The notes beneath the pieces were generated by a model. It searched no databases. It worked only from the letters and a program-made list of their open reading frames with translations, and had not been told where the DNA came from. This document shows positions 26,090 through 36,368 of a stretch of DNA of 47,806 bases, piece by piece. A program made the translations under genes and the position numbers. Source of the DNA: Mycobacteroides phage 8UZL; the sequence record OQ988004.1. One strand, given 5' to 3'. Positions within the stretch are counted from its first letter, which is position 1, and each line of letters begins with the position of its first letter.

Positions 26090-28408
26090 CTAGCTGATCT
26101 TGGTCAGTGTGACGTTGGTGTAAGCTCCTGTGCTCTCGCCCTTGATCGCCGTACTTCCGTTCGAGCCCATACCCAGTCGGATGACATCACCCGGCGCAAG
26201 GTAGTAGATGAACGGGTCACCGCCGATACCCGAGTCTGCCGAAGTCGCCGGCACACCAACACCATTCACAGTCACGGACTTGACTGGCTTGCCATATCCC
26301 TTAATCACGCCGTTGACGTACCAGACGTGGTACCAGTTCGTCAGGCCCATGCCCGCTACGTTGTTATACTCGATGCGCGCAGTAGCCATGTAGGTGCCAG
26401 CTGTGTTCACGGTGATCTCGTTGGTGGTCGGGTCCCAAGTCAGATCCTGAGACTTGTAATCGACCACGTCGAATACGCCGGAGGGCAAAGGAACTTCGCC
26501 AACCGGCACAGTGACCGTTGCAGTCAGGCTTCGGTATGCGCGGAACGTCGTACCGGTGACCTCAACCGGCACGTTGTCGTTCATCGTCCAGATAGAGACG
26601 TTGCCAGGGGTCGACTGTCCGCCGAACCGAGCTCGTGCATAGAATCCCACACCGCACCGGCGATAGAGGTCACCGAGCTGACTGACGTTCCCGGTGTCGG
26701 TCGCTGTCGCCCGGACCTGGTTGTTCACCAAGACCTGGAAGATACGAATACCGCCGATAGTACCGCCGCGGAACGTCACGTAAGCGCCTGGCGGTGTACC
26801 GTATGAGACATCACCCGAGCCGAAGAGCGTTTCTGCACCGGAGACGTGGCATCCCATACGCATCCGCGAGTAGCCGACACGAGCGAAGCACTTGGTGTCA
26901 CCAGCGGCGTTCGACCTACCGAAAAGGTAAGTGAAGCAAGGATCCGACCCAAGCAATTCGTTCTCTGGACGACGAGGCATCACCATGGACACCTCGAAGT
27001 AATCGGTCATCAGCTCAACAGGCTGGAAGATGTAAAACCTTGTGGCATCAGCGTTTCCGCTGTCTTGCCACTCCAGCATGCCGTCTTGTACGACTACATC
27101 ACCTGCGCCAGTACTTTGGACAAGGTCAAACGAAGCCGGGACTGGTCCGTCCGCGTACTCGTTGAACTTGACGACAACCGAGTTACCGCTGTTCTGCTGT
27201 CCCCCGAGGTCAGCTTGCAGCGCTGCCAGACCTTCGTTAAGCTCGGTGATCTGTCGCTGCTGATCCCGAAACACCTCGAACAGGTCGCCGAAACCGAAGC
27301 CGCTACCAGCGAGGTTACCCGCGCCATTCACCGCGTTATTGATGATGCCCGCGAGCGCCTCGCCCAGGTTCTGAGCGTTGTCAATACCCTCCACGATGAT
27401 ATTCGGGATCTCCCCGAGCACCGATCCTGGGTTGGTCAGTAGAGCTTGGACAAGCCCATTGAACTCGTCGATCCGCGCCTGCAGTGCTGCACCCAATCCG
27501 CCGGCGAGGATGCCGAGTAGCGGCTTAGTCAGCGAAGGGGTGTTCTTCCAGAACACTGTGCCCTCAGTTACCAGGTCCTCAACGATCAGCACAGGCCTGA
27601 TTGACTGCACCCCGGCCGGTGTCTCCCAACCGACTACTGAGAGCGCCACAGGAGTGCTCAACGTCCCAGACGGGTTGTCTATGCCGCCGATGTCGACCAA
27701 CGTCGCAGTGCCCGAGCCATCCTCGGTCTCATACGTCTCGAAAGCGTACTTGATGAGCTTGGCCCCGGCACCGGCAACGATGTCCGAATACTTGACGCTG
27801 ATAGACGAGTTGACCGCTTGGTCTTCCTCCACCTTGATCGGAGTACCTCGTACCCACAGGGTCTTTCGCTCACCATCGCAGATGACCTGTGCAGCATCCT
27901 CAGTCTCGTTGTACGACCAGCCGTCCTGGTTGGGAACAGTGAGCGCGGTGAACGGGCCCAGCTCATTGGCCACCGACGTGGTAAGAGCATTCAGGGGGAC
28001 CCCGCCCCCGAACTGCGGAAGCTGGATCCGACCGAACAAATTGGCGGCAGGCAGCGGAGAGTTCTGCGTCAGAAGATCAAGAAGCCAGTTGTCGATATCC
28101 GTTGGTGTGGAATTGACGATACCGGTCAGCTGATCCTTCAGCTGTTGCACTGCTTGATCCATGAGGTTGGGCAGGTTCTCTACCCAGTCCCGGAGCTCGT
28201 CAATCATCTCATTAGGATCAGTGATAGTCCCGATGAGCGTGTCGACTACTTCTTTGATGCGTTCCTTTGCTGCCTCGAAGACCAGATCTACGAGGTCGAA
28301 CAGTCCGCTGCCCAGCTCCTTGACCGCCTTGTCCAGCGCGAACTGGAGCTGCTTCTGAGGGTCATACTCGGCGACTGGCTGTTTCTGCCCGTCGTAGGCT
28401 CTGCTCAT
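26090..28408 (-). CDS. minor tail protein (772 aa)
   Basis: Large ORF in the tail module. N-terminal coiled-coil, beta-rich C-terminus. Confidence 0.6.
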   Translation of the reverse strand: MSRAYDGQKQPVAEYDPQKQLQFALDKAVKELGSGLFDLVDLVFEAAKERIKEVVDTLIGTITDPNEMIDELRDWVENLPNLMDQAVQQLKDQLTGIVNSTPTDIDNWLLDLLTQNSPLPAANLFGRIQLPQFGGGVPLNALTTSVANELGPFTALTVPNQDGWSYNETEDAAQVICDGERKTLWVRGTPIKVEEDQAVNSSISVKYSDIVAGAGAKLIKYAFETYETEDGSGTATLVDIGGIDNPSGTLSTPVALSVVGWETPAGVQSIRPVLIVEDLVTEGTVFWKNTPSLTKPLLGILAGGLGAALQARIDEFNGLVQALLTNPGSVLGEIPNIIVEGIDNAQNLGEALAGIINNAVNGAGNLAGSGFGFGDLFEVFRDQQRQITELNEGLAALQADLGGQQNSGNSVVVKFNEYADGPVPASFDLVQSTGAGDVVVQDGMLEWQDSGNADATRFYIFQPVELMTDYFEVSMVMPRRPENELLGSDPCFTYLFGRSNAAGDTKCFARVGYSRMRMGCHVSGAETLFGSGDVSYGTPPGAYVTFRGGTIGGIRIFQVLVNNQVRATATDTGNVSQLGDLYRRCGVGFYARARFGGQSTPGNVSIWTMNDNVPVEVTGTTFRAYRSLTATVTVPVGEVPLPSGVFDVVDYKSQDLTWDPTTNEITVNTAGTYMATARIEYNNVAGMGLTNWYHVWYVNGVIKGYGKPVKSVTVNGVGVPATSADSGIGGDPFIYYLAPGDVIRLGMGSNGSTAIKGESTGAYTNVTLTKIS

Positions 28409-28411
28409 TAC

Positions 28412-29512
28412 CTACCCCACTGGAATGACGAGGATACCCACCTGGGCTCCTGCCTTGTTGAAGTTGTAGATGCCGAAGAGACCATCGTTGTAGAGGTTCA
28501 CATAGATGGTTCCCTCGTTGCCCGTGTGATCCGCCGGCACGACCGCGATCTCAGAGTCCGGAGAAACGCCGATGGATGCGGTGCTGGCCGTCGAAAAGTG
28601 AGGCGTGAACGTCGACCACCCGGTGCTGTTACCGAAGCCTCGAGCGACGAGCTGACCGGTGTTCATATCACCGATCCGGATCTCTGAGCCGATGGTCAGC
28701 GGATCGCTATCGACTTCCAAGCCAACTGCCTTGATGTGCCCAACGATGAACGGCACCCACGGAAAAGGCATGGGAGGCAACGGAAATGCGCAGATATTCT
28801 GCCTCTGTGCCACACCCGAGAAGTTCGTGAACGCGCCTTCCGGGATCGAGTAGAATCGCGGCAGAACGGTGGTCAGTGCTCGAGGCTCGTACTTCCCGGT
28901 TGCATTGTTCCAGGAGGGAACATCGCCGTCATTGATCCCGTTCGGCTCGTCGTAGTCGTCCGACTCACGGATGCGTCCCGCAGGACCCACTGGGCCTTGG
29001 GGGGCGGCAATTTTGAAGTGGATATGACGATTGGTTGCCGGACCCGTGATCTCCGCCGACGACTCGACGCCCAGATCCTGATCTTCGAGCGAGATCAGCT
29101 CGGCGGATACGGATAGCGTTGGCGTGACTCCGGGAGGACCGGCGGGACCCGGTCGCTTCGGGATCCATTGATCTCCTGTCCAGATGTAGACGAGGTCTTC
29201 GATCCAGTAGCCGTGGTTCACGTGCTCAGGACCAGTACCCCAGTCATTCGGGAGGTCACCGATCTCCACAATTTCCGGATCCCAGAGGACTGTGATGATG
29301 GGCGCATCTTCGCCCTTATCACCCTTGGGTCCGCGGATCACGTCCATTGTGACTACTGCTTCGTCACCGACCTGCTCCATGGAGGCATACGTGCCGGCAG
29401 GAGTGTCGAGGTCGATAACGTGACCGTAGTAGGTCATATTGACCAGCATCTGTGCAATCGGGACGAGGTCCCCCACATCTGCCGGGTCCAGGTAAGGCGG
29501 GACGACGGTCAC
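28412..29512 (-). CDS. minor tail protein (366 aa)
   Basis: Tail module position. Collagen-like GPAGPPG and GPKGDKGED stretches. Confidence 0.5.
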   Translation of the reverse strand: MTVVPPYLDPADVGDLVPIAQMLVNMTYYGHVIDLDTPAGTYASMEQVGDEAVVTMDVIRGPKGDKGEDAPIITVLWDPEIVEIGDLPNDWGTGPEHVNHGYWIEDLVYIWTGDQWIPKRPGPAGPPGVTPTLSVSAELISLEDQDLGVESSAEITGPATNRHIHFKIAAPQGPVGPAGRIRESDDYDEPNGINDGDVPSWNNATGKYEPRALTTVLPRFYSIPEGAFTNFSGVAQRQNICAFPLPPMPFPWVPFIVGHIKAVGLEVDSDPLTIGSEIRIGDMNTGQLVARGFGNSTGWSTFTPHFSTASTASIGVSPDSEIAVVPADHTGNEGTIYVNLYNDGLFGIYNFNKAGAQVGILVIPVG

Positions 29513-29952
29513 CGGTTGCCTCCTCGGATCGTTTCACCGTCAAGAGTGATGTGTGGCTTGATCTTCCACCCGTCCGTGTTCGGTCGTTCGGGTGTTCCCT
29601 CGGGGGGCTTGACGAACGCGCTCGGCACGGACCCGGGAGCATCGACTGGCACGTACTTAACAGCATCCTCGACCACACCCGCAGTGGGTGGGACGGGGAC
29701 CTGCTTAATCACGGCTTCGTCTTCATGCTTCCGGTATCCGCACCGAGCTAGGTGATAGCTGAGGAAGGGGATCAGCTCGTGAACGCGCATGACGTTGCCA
29801 TCTTCATCGACCGGGTAGGTCAAGTCATTGGCGAGGTCATACATGGCTTTCGCCATATCCTTCGCGAGCTTCTCCCGCTTCTCCTGGCTTTCCGTTTGGC
29901 GGTACTTAATTTCTTCCCGCCGCCGATTGAACTCTTCCTCAGCCTTACCCAT
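29509..29952 (-). CDS. hypothetical tail-module protein (147 aa)
   Basis: 4-nt overlap with both neighbours inside the tail operon. Confidence 0.4.
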   Translation of the reverse strand: MGKAEEEFNRRREEIKYRQTESQEKREKLAKDMAKAMYDLANDLTYPVDEDGNVMRVHELIPFLSYHLARCGYRKHEDEAVIKQVPVPPTAGVVEDAVKYVPVDAPGSVPSAFVKPPEGTPERPNTDGWKIKPHITLDGETIRGGNR

Positions 29953-31838
29953 TAGAACGTACTCCCGCCATCACCGAGAACCATGCCGACCACGCCCCAG
30001 ACTGTCTGGATAGCGCGGAGGGCCCTTGCAAACGGGTCTTCCTCGTCGTCGTCAGTGCCGATGGCAAGTTCACACTTCATCGCCTGACTGGCCGAGTAGG
30101 ACCACTTGATACCGCTTACTTGATCTGTGAAGATCACCTGAGCCAGCTCGAAGCCGACCCGATCCCCGAGCTCATAGTCCTCGTAGACAAGCCACGGATA
30201 GCCGTTGACTACGGAGACCTTGCAGACGGTGCGCGGGCGAGTCTTCCAGTGACCCATGCGCAACGTGACAGTGCCAGACACCGTCCACGCTGTGCCTGAT
30301 CCCTGCTCCATGTGCTCGAGCAACGCCATGGCGCCCATGTCGAGAACACGCTTGGGATCTGTGTACTTTTGGAAGGCTAAGAACGTATCGTCCAGCTGGC
30401 CTTGATAGAGGTTATCCAGACCTTCCGTGCCCGGTTGCTGGTACGCACCAAGGCCATAGTTGATGACCTGGGCAAGTTGAGATAGTGCGTACCGAATACC
30501 GAACGTGATGGCCTGGTTAACCCAGCCGGGACTTTTACCGCCAGTGGCGATCGTTCGGGCCTTAGCCTTGTAATTGATCCGATCCGATTCGATGATGCCC
30601 GAATACTCACCGTCTCGGAATACGACCTTCGGTTTGGCTGGTGCCACCCCCAACCACTTCCGGAACAAGGGATCAGTAATCCCGTCGCTGTCCCGGTCGA
30701 TGGGGAACACCATCTCGGTAATTCCGTCATCGAGGGTGGATGCAACCAAGTCAATGATGCCGTCCAGCAAGGTGCCTGTCGGCCCTGTGTGACCCGATTT
30801 GTTGAGCACCGCGAGTACAACACAGTTGCGGTTCGGTCGGGCCGCACGTTCGCCAATGAGGTCTGCCAGCTCCCTGTGTGGCGACGTTTCATCCTCGGTA
30901 AGGAATGTGTACGCTCGCAAGAAGCAACCAGCGTCACGGAACAACGGGTCCGTGGCCACATCTGCCATTGTCCACCGAGCGGTGACAAAGGAGAAGCGGG
31001 ACTGGTCAATCACAGGATTGACGAACGCCATCTGTACCGGCCAATCGAGCATGCTGAAGTTACCCAGCAGGCCCGGATTCTGAGACGTTGGTAGTGCCGG
31101 ATCAATGATCGGCACCAACCAGTGCCCAGGATTGAACAGGTTGGTCGGAATGGACAGCAGCGGCACGTAGTTCCGTGCCAGGTTCAGAATGGCCGTGTAT
31201 GTCGCCGAGGTCCGGATATTCATCGGGAAGATGAAGATCTTTGGCAGCTGAATCTCAGGCGGCAGTACCGGGTTGGCTTGGAAGATCAGGTGCTGCCAGT
31301 GCGTCCAGTTCGAGATGCACTCCAGCTCAATTTCATGTGCACCATCGGACGTACGTCGAATATGCGCAGCAGTGACCTTGCCGCCCCATCGTGTCTCCCA
31401 GGACCGCTTCGTGGGCCTCGGATCAATCGTGATGTGTAGATCCTCGTCGGCACGAACGTCCTTGATCAGGAAGTCACTCAGCCAGTTGTTCCGGCGCAGC
31501 AGAATCTTCGCTGAACCGGGCGAGTACATCAACTCTTGCCAGTCCACCGATTTCTCGGCGGTAATGCGGCCGATGTAATCGTGGTTCTTGTCCCACACCC
31601 GGATCAGCGGGCGTTGTTTGTAGGACTTGACGATTACGTTCCGTCGCGTACGTGCGTAGCGCAATGCACGGAGCGGATTGTTGCGGGGATCTGGGGGCCC
31701 ACTCTCTTCCTTCGCAGCCTCCATTGCTGCAAAGAGGCTGTTGCCTTTCAGGCGCTCGAAGGTGAGGTCGGCATGTGTTACCCACCCACCTGCGTCTGAC
31801 ATCTCACCCCCAAGCCGAGTCGAACCGCTGGGGGACAA
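29952..31838 (-). CDS. minor tail protein (628 aa; Tal/baseplate-hub-like by position)
   Basis: Second gene after the tape measure protein in the tail operon. Confidence 0.55.
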   Translation of the reverse strand: MSPSGSTRLGGEMSDAGGWVTHADLTFERLKGNSLFAAMEAAKEESGPPDPRNNPLRALRYARTRRNVIVKSYKQRPLIRVWDKNHDYIGRITAEKSVDWQELMYSPGSAKILLRRNNWLSDFLIKDVRADEDLHITIDPRPTKRSWETRWGGKVTAAHIRRTSDGAHEIELECISNWTHWQHLIFQANPVLPPEIQLPKIFIFPMNIRTSATYTAILNLARNYVPLLSIPTNLFNPGHWLVPIIDPALPTSQNPGLLGNFSMLDWPVQMAFVNPVIDQSRFSFVTARWTMADVATDPLFRDAGCFLRAYTFLTEDETSPHRELADLIGERAARPNRNCVVLAVLNKSGHTGPTGTLLDGIIDLVASTLDDGITEMVFPIDRDSDGITDPLFRKWLGVAPAKPKVVFRDGEYSGIIESDRINYKAKARTIATGGKSPGWVNQAITFGIRYALSQLAQVINYGLGAYQQPGTEGLDNLYQGQLDDTFLAFQKYTDPKRVLDMGAMALLEHMEQGSGTAWTVSGTVTLRMGHWKTRPRTVCKVSVVNGYPWLVYEDYELGDRVGFELAQVIFTDQVSGIKWSYSASQAMKCELAIGTDDDEEDPFARALRAIQTVWGVVGMVLGDGGSTF

Positions 31839-32916
31839 TCATGGTGACCTGTCCGCCCGGGTAGTTGTGTTGGACCTTCGTTGTTCCGGACTCCTCAGGC
31901 CCGATTGCGTACTCGAACAGCTGTGGATCCTCCCACCGTCGCCACAGGGGCAATCCTTGAGCAGTCAGGTCATGCAGGAAGTAATTCAGCAGACCTGCCT
32001 GGCGCAGGAAACGGTAGAAGGCATTGTCGACTGGGTCTTCCGACCCCTGGATCGTCATTGCGTTCTCGGCGGTGTCAATCAGGTACCACTTGTCCGCTTC
32101 AGACGTCTCAGGCATCTCGAGCAACCGGTCAGGACCATCGCCGATCTTGGCCTGTCCCGGGCACGTCACGATGTAGATGGGCGGCGATGCGATAGTGCCG
32201 CGATTCGCCAACGTGATAAACCCGGTGCCAAATCCGTCTTCGTCCTTGTGACCGGTGATCGGATTCTTCCACGTCTTCACGAAGGGACGCTTGTAGAAGT
32301 ACGGATCAACCGCCACCAGCTTCATGTCGTACTTCGCGGAGTTGTTCCCGAACGCTGTGGGCTCCAGCGAAATGGTGTCATTCGGTGAAGCCTCGAGCAC
32401 GCACTTTAGCCAGCGCCACCCAGTCGGTCGAGTGTAGAAGCCGAGGAATCCATACTCGGTCTTGCTGAACGACCGCCACCACTCCCGCTCAATTCCGTAG
32501 TACGCCAAGCTGTTATAAGCCTTAGGCCGGACAATGTTGTTATTGGGGTTGATGATTGCGCCAAACGATAGCAGACGCTTCTTGTCGTCGGTGCGGTCGA
32601 TCTCAGCACCGGGAAGATAGGGCCCCTCTGAGTATTTGTGCTCAAAGGGGGTCATCCCTATCCCGGTCAACTCGTTGGTCATACCGACGCCTTGGCGCCC
32701 CCTGAACGGGCCGGCAAGATCCCACCACTTCCCATTGGGTCCGACCCACACGATCCGCATGGAGGTCCCTTTGAGGCCGTTGGTCAGCCAGTTGAAGTTG
32801 GTGTTCTTTTGCCAGCCCGGCCAGCGGGCATTCTGCGGCCAGTAGATCGGCTTTCCGCCGGATCCCATCCAATCGTCCCGAGGCGGGACATATTCATCAG
32901 ATGCAAGATCTGTCAT
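31804..32916 (-). CDS. minor tail protein (370 aa; Dit-like by position)
   Basis: Immediately downstream of the tape measure protein, with an ATGA overlap. Confidence 0.5.
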   Translation of the reverse strand: MTDLASDEYVPPRDDWMGSGGKPIYWPQNARWPGWQKNTNFNWLTNGLKGTSMRIVWVGPNGKWWDLAGPFRGRQGVGMTNELTGIGMTPFEHKYSEGPYLPGAEIDRTDDKKRLLSFGAIINPNNNIVRPKAYNSLAYYGIEREWWRSFSKTEYGFLGFYTRPTGWRWLKCVLEASPNDTISLEPTAFGNNSAKYDMKLVAVDPYFYKRPFVKTWKNPITGHKDEDGFGTGFITLANRGTIASPPIYIVTCPGQAKIGDGPDRLLEMPETSEADKWYLIDTAENAMTIQGSEDPVDNAFYRFLRQAGLLNYFLHDLTAQGLPLWRRWEDPQLFEYAIGPEESGTTKVQHNYPGGQVTMIVPQRFDSAWG

Positions 32917-32918
32917 TC

Positions 32919-35900
32919 CTATGCTCCCGGTCCCGGTAGATTGGTGAAGCGCCGCTTCGACGCCGAGAACTGTTCGACCTTGTCCATGGTCTGCTGCGGG
33001 TCCCAGCCAAGCTGAGCGCCACGCATATCGACCACTGGCGACCCGCCGCCAAGAGCGGACTGATCACCTTGTGCAGTGCCGAGCGACTGCTGGTCAAAGG
33101 CATTGACGCCAAAGGCATCACCGACACCCGCGATCAAGCCACCCGTCGGATCTCCCGATCCCACACCCATGAAGCCGTCGCTGCTGCCCCCGCCCAGGAG
33201 GTTGGAGATCACCGGGGCAAAGGCGTTCACGCCAGCAATGGCCGACTTGACGTTGGGCGACTCGAAGAGGTTGTCAAAGAGTGATCCGTCGAAGCCGAAC
33301 GACTCGAGGATGCCCCCAACGAACATCTTCCCGAGTTCCTTGCCGTCTAGCCCCGAAGACTCTCCGGCGGCTTGTCCAGCTTTCTTAGACCCTTCTTTAT
33401 ATTTCCCTTGCCGGGCCTCTTCGAGATCTGCTCGAGCTTGTTCGGTTTCACGCTTGAGTTTTTCAACGCGATCTCGCGCCGCTTGGAGAGTGGACTGCTT
33501 GACATTCTCTTGCTTCTCCACTTCGCTCAGTCGCTGTTCAGCGACAGCCAGTGCGGCCTCCTTGTCGGTGACCTTGTCCTCAGCTTCCCGAACCTTCTTC
33601 GGGTCAACCTCGTAGTAGCTTCCGCCGCCACCAGCACCAGACGTGCTGCCCTTCAGAATCGAGGGAGCACCCGAGGCGGCAATGCTGCCATTGACACCGC
33701 CCGTGATGAGCGGCACCGACGGCGCAGACACTGCCTGAGCACCAGCACCTCGACCCTTGCCGAGCATGACGTGCAAGTGATCCATGTGGTTCTGGGTCGG
33801 CGACCCGCGATCACCCATCTTCTTGCCGTCACCCGTCAGCGACCCGCCGTAGCCAAAGCTGCGCTGTTGCCAGATCAACCCGTCGAGACCCAACGCTTCC
33901 GCGTTCTTCACGATGAAGGCCTTCACCGAGTCACCGAGCGCCTTACCCTGAGGCGTCTGCCAGTTCGGGATCATAATGTCGATAGCATTGCCCGAGCTGT
34001 GCTCGCCATAGCCATCTTCCGAACGTCGACCACCAATCGAGGTGATCTGAGGCCACAGCTTCATCACGACCGAACGCAGGTAATCTGCTCCCGGATTCAG
34101 GCCTTCGGCGAAGCCCGGCAACATACCGCGCAGGTAGTTGGCCGAGGGCACCCAGCCGGCGTTCAGCATGGCGACGAGGGCAGAGCCCCCGTTCTTCATC
34201 GCCGACTCCTTGACAATGCCCTCACCAGCGCTCACACGGACAACTGGGACACCGAACTCATTCACCCCGAAGATACTGTCGGAGGTGCCGGTCCCAGGAC
34301 CGTACAGACGACCTGAGGACGTCCTACCGGCCGGATGACCGCCGGCAAAGCCGGGCACCGACGGCACTGTGCCGCCTCCCGAGTTACCGAAGGGGTTGAA
34401 GTTGTTCAGAGTGTCGCGGACGCTGTTGAACTTGTCAATGAGCCATTCGAGCTTGGGCTTGATCCAATCCCACACCGAGCCGAACACCTTCTTGATGGCC
34501 TCGAAGCCGGTCACGAAGATGTCCTTGAACTTGGTGATGCCTTCCACCAGCTTATCGAAAGCTGCTTTCCAGAGATCCCAGATTGGGCGGACGAACTCCC
34601 AGACGACTCCGATGACCTTCTTCACCGCGTTAAAGGCCGGAACAGTGACGTTATTCCACCACCACTCGATGACGCCGCCGAGTACACGGAGCGCTGCACC
34701 GAAGGCAGCGAAGATGACCTCAAGAGCGGCCCAGACGACTTGTGCCACAGTCTTGATAACGTCCCATGCTGGCTGCCAGACGTTCTGGTACAACCACATC
34801 AGCGCCTGACCAATGGCCTTGAAAGCGTTCTGCAGCGCCGGCCATGCCGTCGTCGTGAACCACGAGACGACTGCCTGAGTGGCTGTCTTGATCGCTCCCC
34901 AAACGGTCTGCCAGATCTTCTGCCCGAGTTCCGTCTTCGTGAAGAAGAGAACCAGGGCAGCAACCACCGCAGCGATAGCGGCAATGATCAGGCCGATGGG
35001 GTTGGCCAAAAGCGAAGCGTTCCAAAGCCATTGAGCCGCAGTGGCGATCTTGGTTGCCGCTGTGATCGCAGTGAGTACAGTCTTAGCAATGGCCAGCCGT
35101 GCGTAGTGCGCAGCCGCTGCAGCGATGCCCGGCAAGAACAGCGTCGTGATGACCGCTGCCGCGATCTTGAACTGTGTGGCATTGTCTTTGATGAACTGCC
35201 CGGACGTGGACAATGCTTCCATGAAAGTCTTGAAGCCCGCGCTCAATCGCTCGAACATAGGCTTAACTTGCTCTTCCACCTTGTCGAGCCACTCGATGAC
35301 CTTCGGCGCCCACTCAATTACCTTGTTGAACAAGGGAGTTAGAATGGTGGCGCCCAGGCGGCCAAGCGCTGCGCCGATGTTCGACACGGCCCCGGTGAAC
35401 GAGTTCCCCATGTTCTTCGCAGCACCGCCCATGCCCTTTTCCATGGCGTTCTGGAAGGTAGCGAAGTCGATCTTGCCATCTTCAGACATCTTGGCGATCT
35501 CGGCAGTCGTAACGCCGATCTCATCAGCCAACAGCTTCACGATGGGGATACCGCGCTCACCCAACTGCTGCATGATCTCGCCTTGGACCTTGTTGGTCGT
35601 CGCCGCCTTGTTGAAGATAGCGCCCATCGAGGCCATATCAGTCTTGGCAATTGCGGCGGCATCAGCGACCAGCGACAGTGTCCGGGTCAATTCCTCGCCC
35701 GGCTTGACACCCGCAGCGACTGCTGAGGCAGCAACGGTAGCGGCATCACCGAGACCGAACGCGGTGCCCTTCACGGCAGCGAGAGCAGAGTCCATGATCT
35801 TGGTCACCGACTCAGCATCATGGCCCAGGCCTTGCAGCGTGGATCGGGCGTTGTCAATGTCCTTCAGTCGAGTAAAGCCCTTGGCGATAGCACCGGTGAA

Positions 35901-36368
35901 GATAGTAGCGATACCCGCCGCACCGACAAGGGCTGTCTTCTTCAGACCGCCAATCAGCTTGCTGCCGAACGTAGATCCAGCAGCTTCCGCCTTGGGGCTC
36001 TTCTTCTTGACTTCGTCGGCGACCGCATCACCGGCCTCTTGACCCGCTTGCTTTGCCTTGGTGACGACACCCTTTCGGATCCCTTCGCCGGCGTTCGTCG
36101 CAGCGGTGGATACCTTCCCCTGACTCGATGCCACACCCGAGACGATGGCGTCGCCGGCTTCCTTGCCCGCCTGCTTGGTCTCAGTGACAATGCCTGTCCG
36201 GATCTCTCGACCCGCCTGCTTCCCGCCCTTGACAGCGCTCGCAGACTCCAGCTTCACTGGAACAGTGATCGGCGGGGGCTCAAAGTTCTTGAGCTCCTTC
36301 ACCAAAGCTGCGGTCTCGGGCAGGATGGTTACCCACTCGGCGGCGAGTTCCACGCCAGCACTGGTCAC
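32919..36368 (-). CDS. tape measure protein with embedded M15-like peptidase motif
   Basis: 1149 aa. Long Ala-rich helical/TM central region. GEHSSGNAIDIM and HMDHLHV zinc-peptidase motif near 33770-34010. C-terminal coiled-coil and Gly-rich region. Confidence 0.9.
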   Translation of the reverse strand: MTSAGVELAAEWVTILPETAALVKELKNFEPPPITVPVKLESASAVKGGKQAGREIRTGIVTETKQAGKEAGDAIVSGVASSQGKVSTAATNAGEGIRKGVVTKAKQAGQEAGDAVADEVKKKSPKAEAAGSTFGSKLIGGLKKTALVGAAGIATIFTGAIAKGFTRLKDIDNARSTLQGLGHDAESVTKIMDSALAAVKGTAFGLGDAATVAASAVAAGVKPGEELTRTLSLVADAAAIAKTDMASMGAIFNKAATTNKVQGEIMQQLGERGIPIVKLLADEIGVTTAEIAKMSEDGKIDFATFQNAMEKGMGGAAKNMGNSFTGAVSNIGAALGRLGATILTPLFNKVIEWAPKVIEWLDKVEEQVKPMFERLSAGFKTFMEALSTSGQFIKDNATQFKIAAAVITTLFLPGIAAAAAHYARLAIAKTVLTAITAATKIATAAQWLWNASLLANPIGLIIAAIAAVVAALVLFFTKTELGQKIWQTVWGAIKTATQAVVSWFTTTAWPALQNAFKAIGQALMWLYQNVWQPAWDVIKTVAQVVWAALEVIFAAFGAALRVLGGVIEWWWNNVTVPAFNAVKKVIGVVWEFVRPIWDLWKAAFDKLVEGITKFKDIFVTGFEAIKKVFGSVWDWIKPKLEWLIDKFNSVRDTLNNFNPFGNSGGGTVPSVPGFAGGHPAGRTSSGRLYGPGTGTSDSIFGVNEFGVPVVRVSAGEGIVKESAMKNGGSALVAMLNAGWVPSANYLRGMLPGFAEGLNPGADYLRSVVMKLWPQITSIGGRRSEDGYGEHSSGNAIDIMIPNWQTPQGKALGDSVKAFIVKNAEALGLDGLIWQQRSFGYGGSLTGDGKKMGDRGSPTQNHMDHLHVMLGKGRGAGAQAVSAPSVPLITGGVNGSIAASGAPSILKGSTSGAGGGGSYYEVDPKKVREAEDKVTDKEAALAVAEQRLSEVEKQENVKQSTLQAARDRVEKLKRETEQARADLEEARQGKYKEGSKKAGQAAGESSGLDGKELGKMFVGGILESFGFDGSLFDNLFESPNVKSAIAGVNAFAPVISNLLGGGSSDGFMGVGSGDPTGGLIAGVGDAFGVNAFDQQSLGTAQGDQSALGGGSPVVDMRGAQLGWDPQQTMDKVEQFSASKRRFTNLPGPGA

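Noticed and set aside
33372-36042. Long plus-strand ORFs (33372-34316, 34335-35342, 35125-36042) antisense to the tape measure gene
   Set aside because: Ser/Arg/Pro-rich low-complexity translations typical of spurious antisense ORFs in high-GC DNA. The minus-strand tape measure reading frame is unambiguous.
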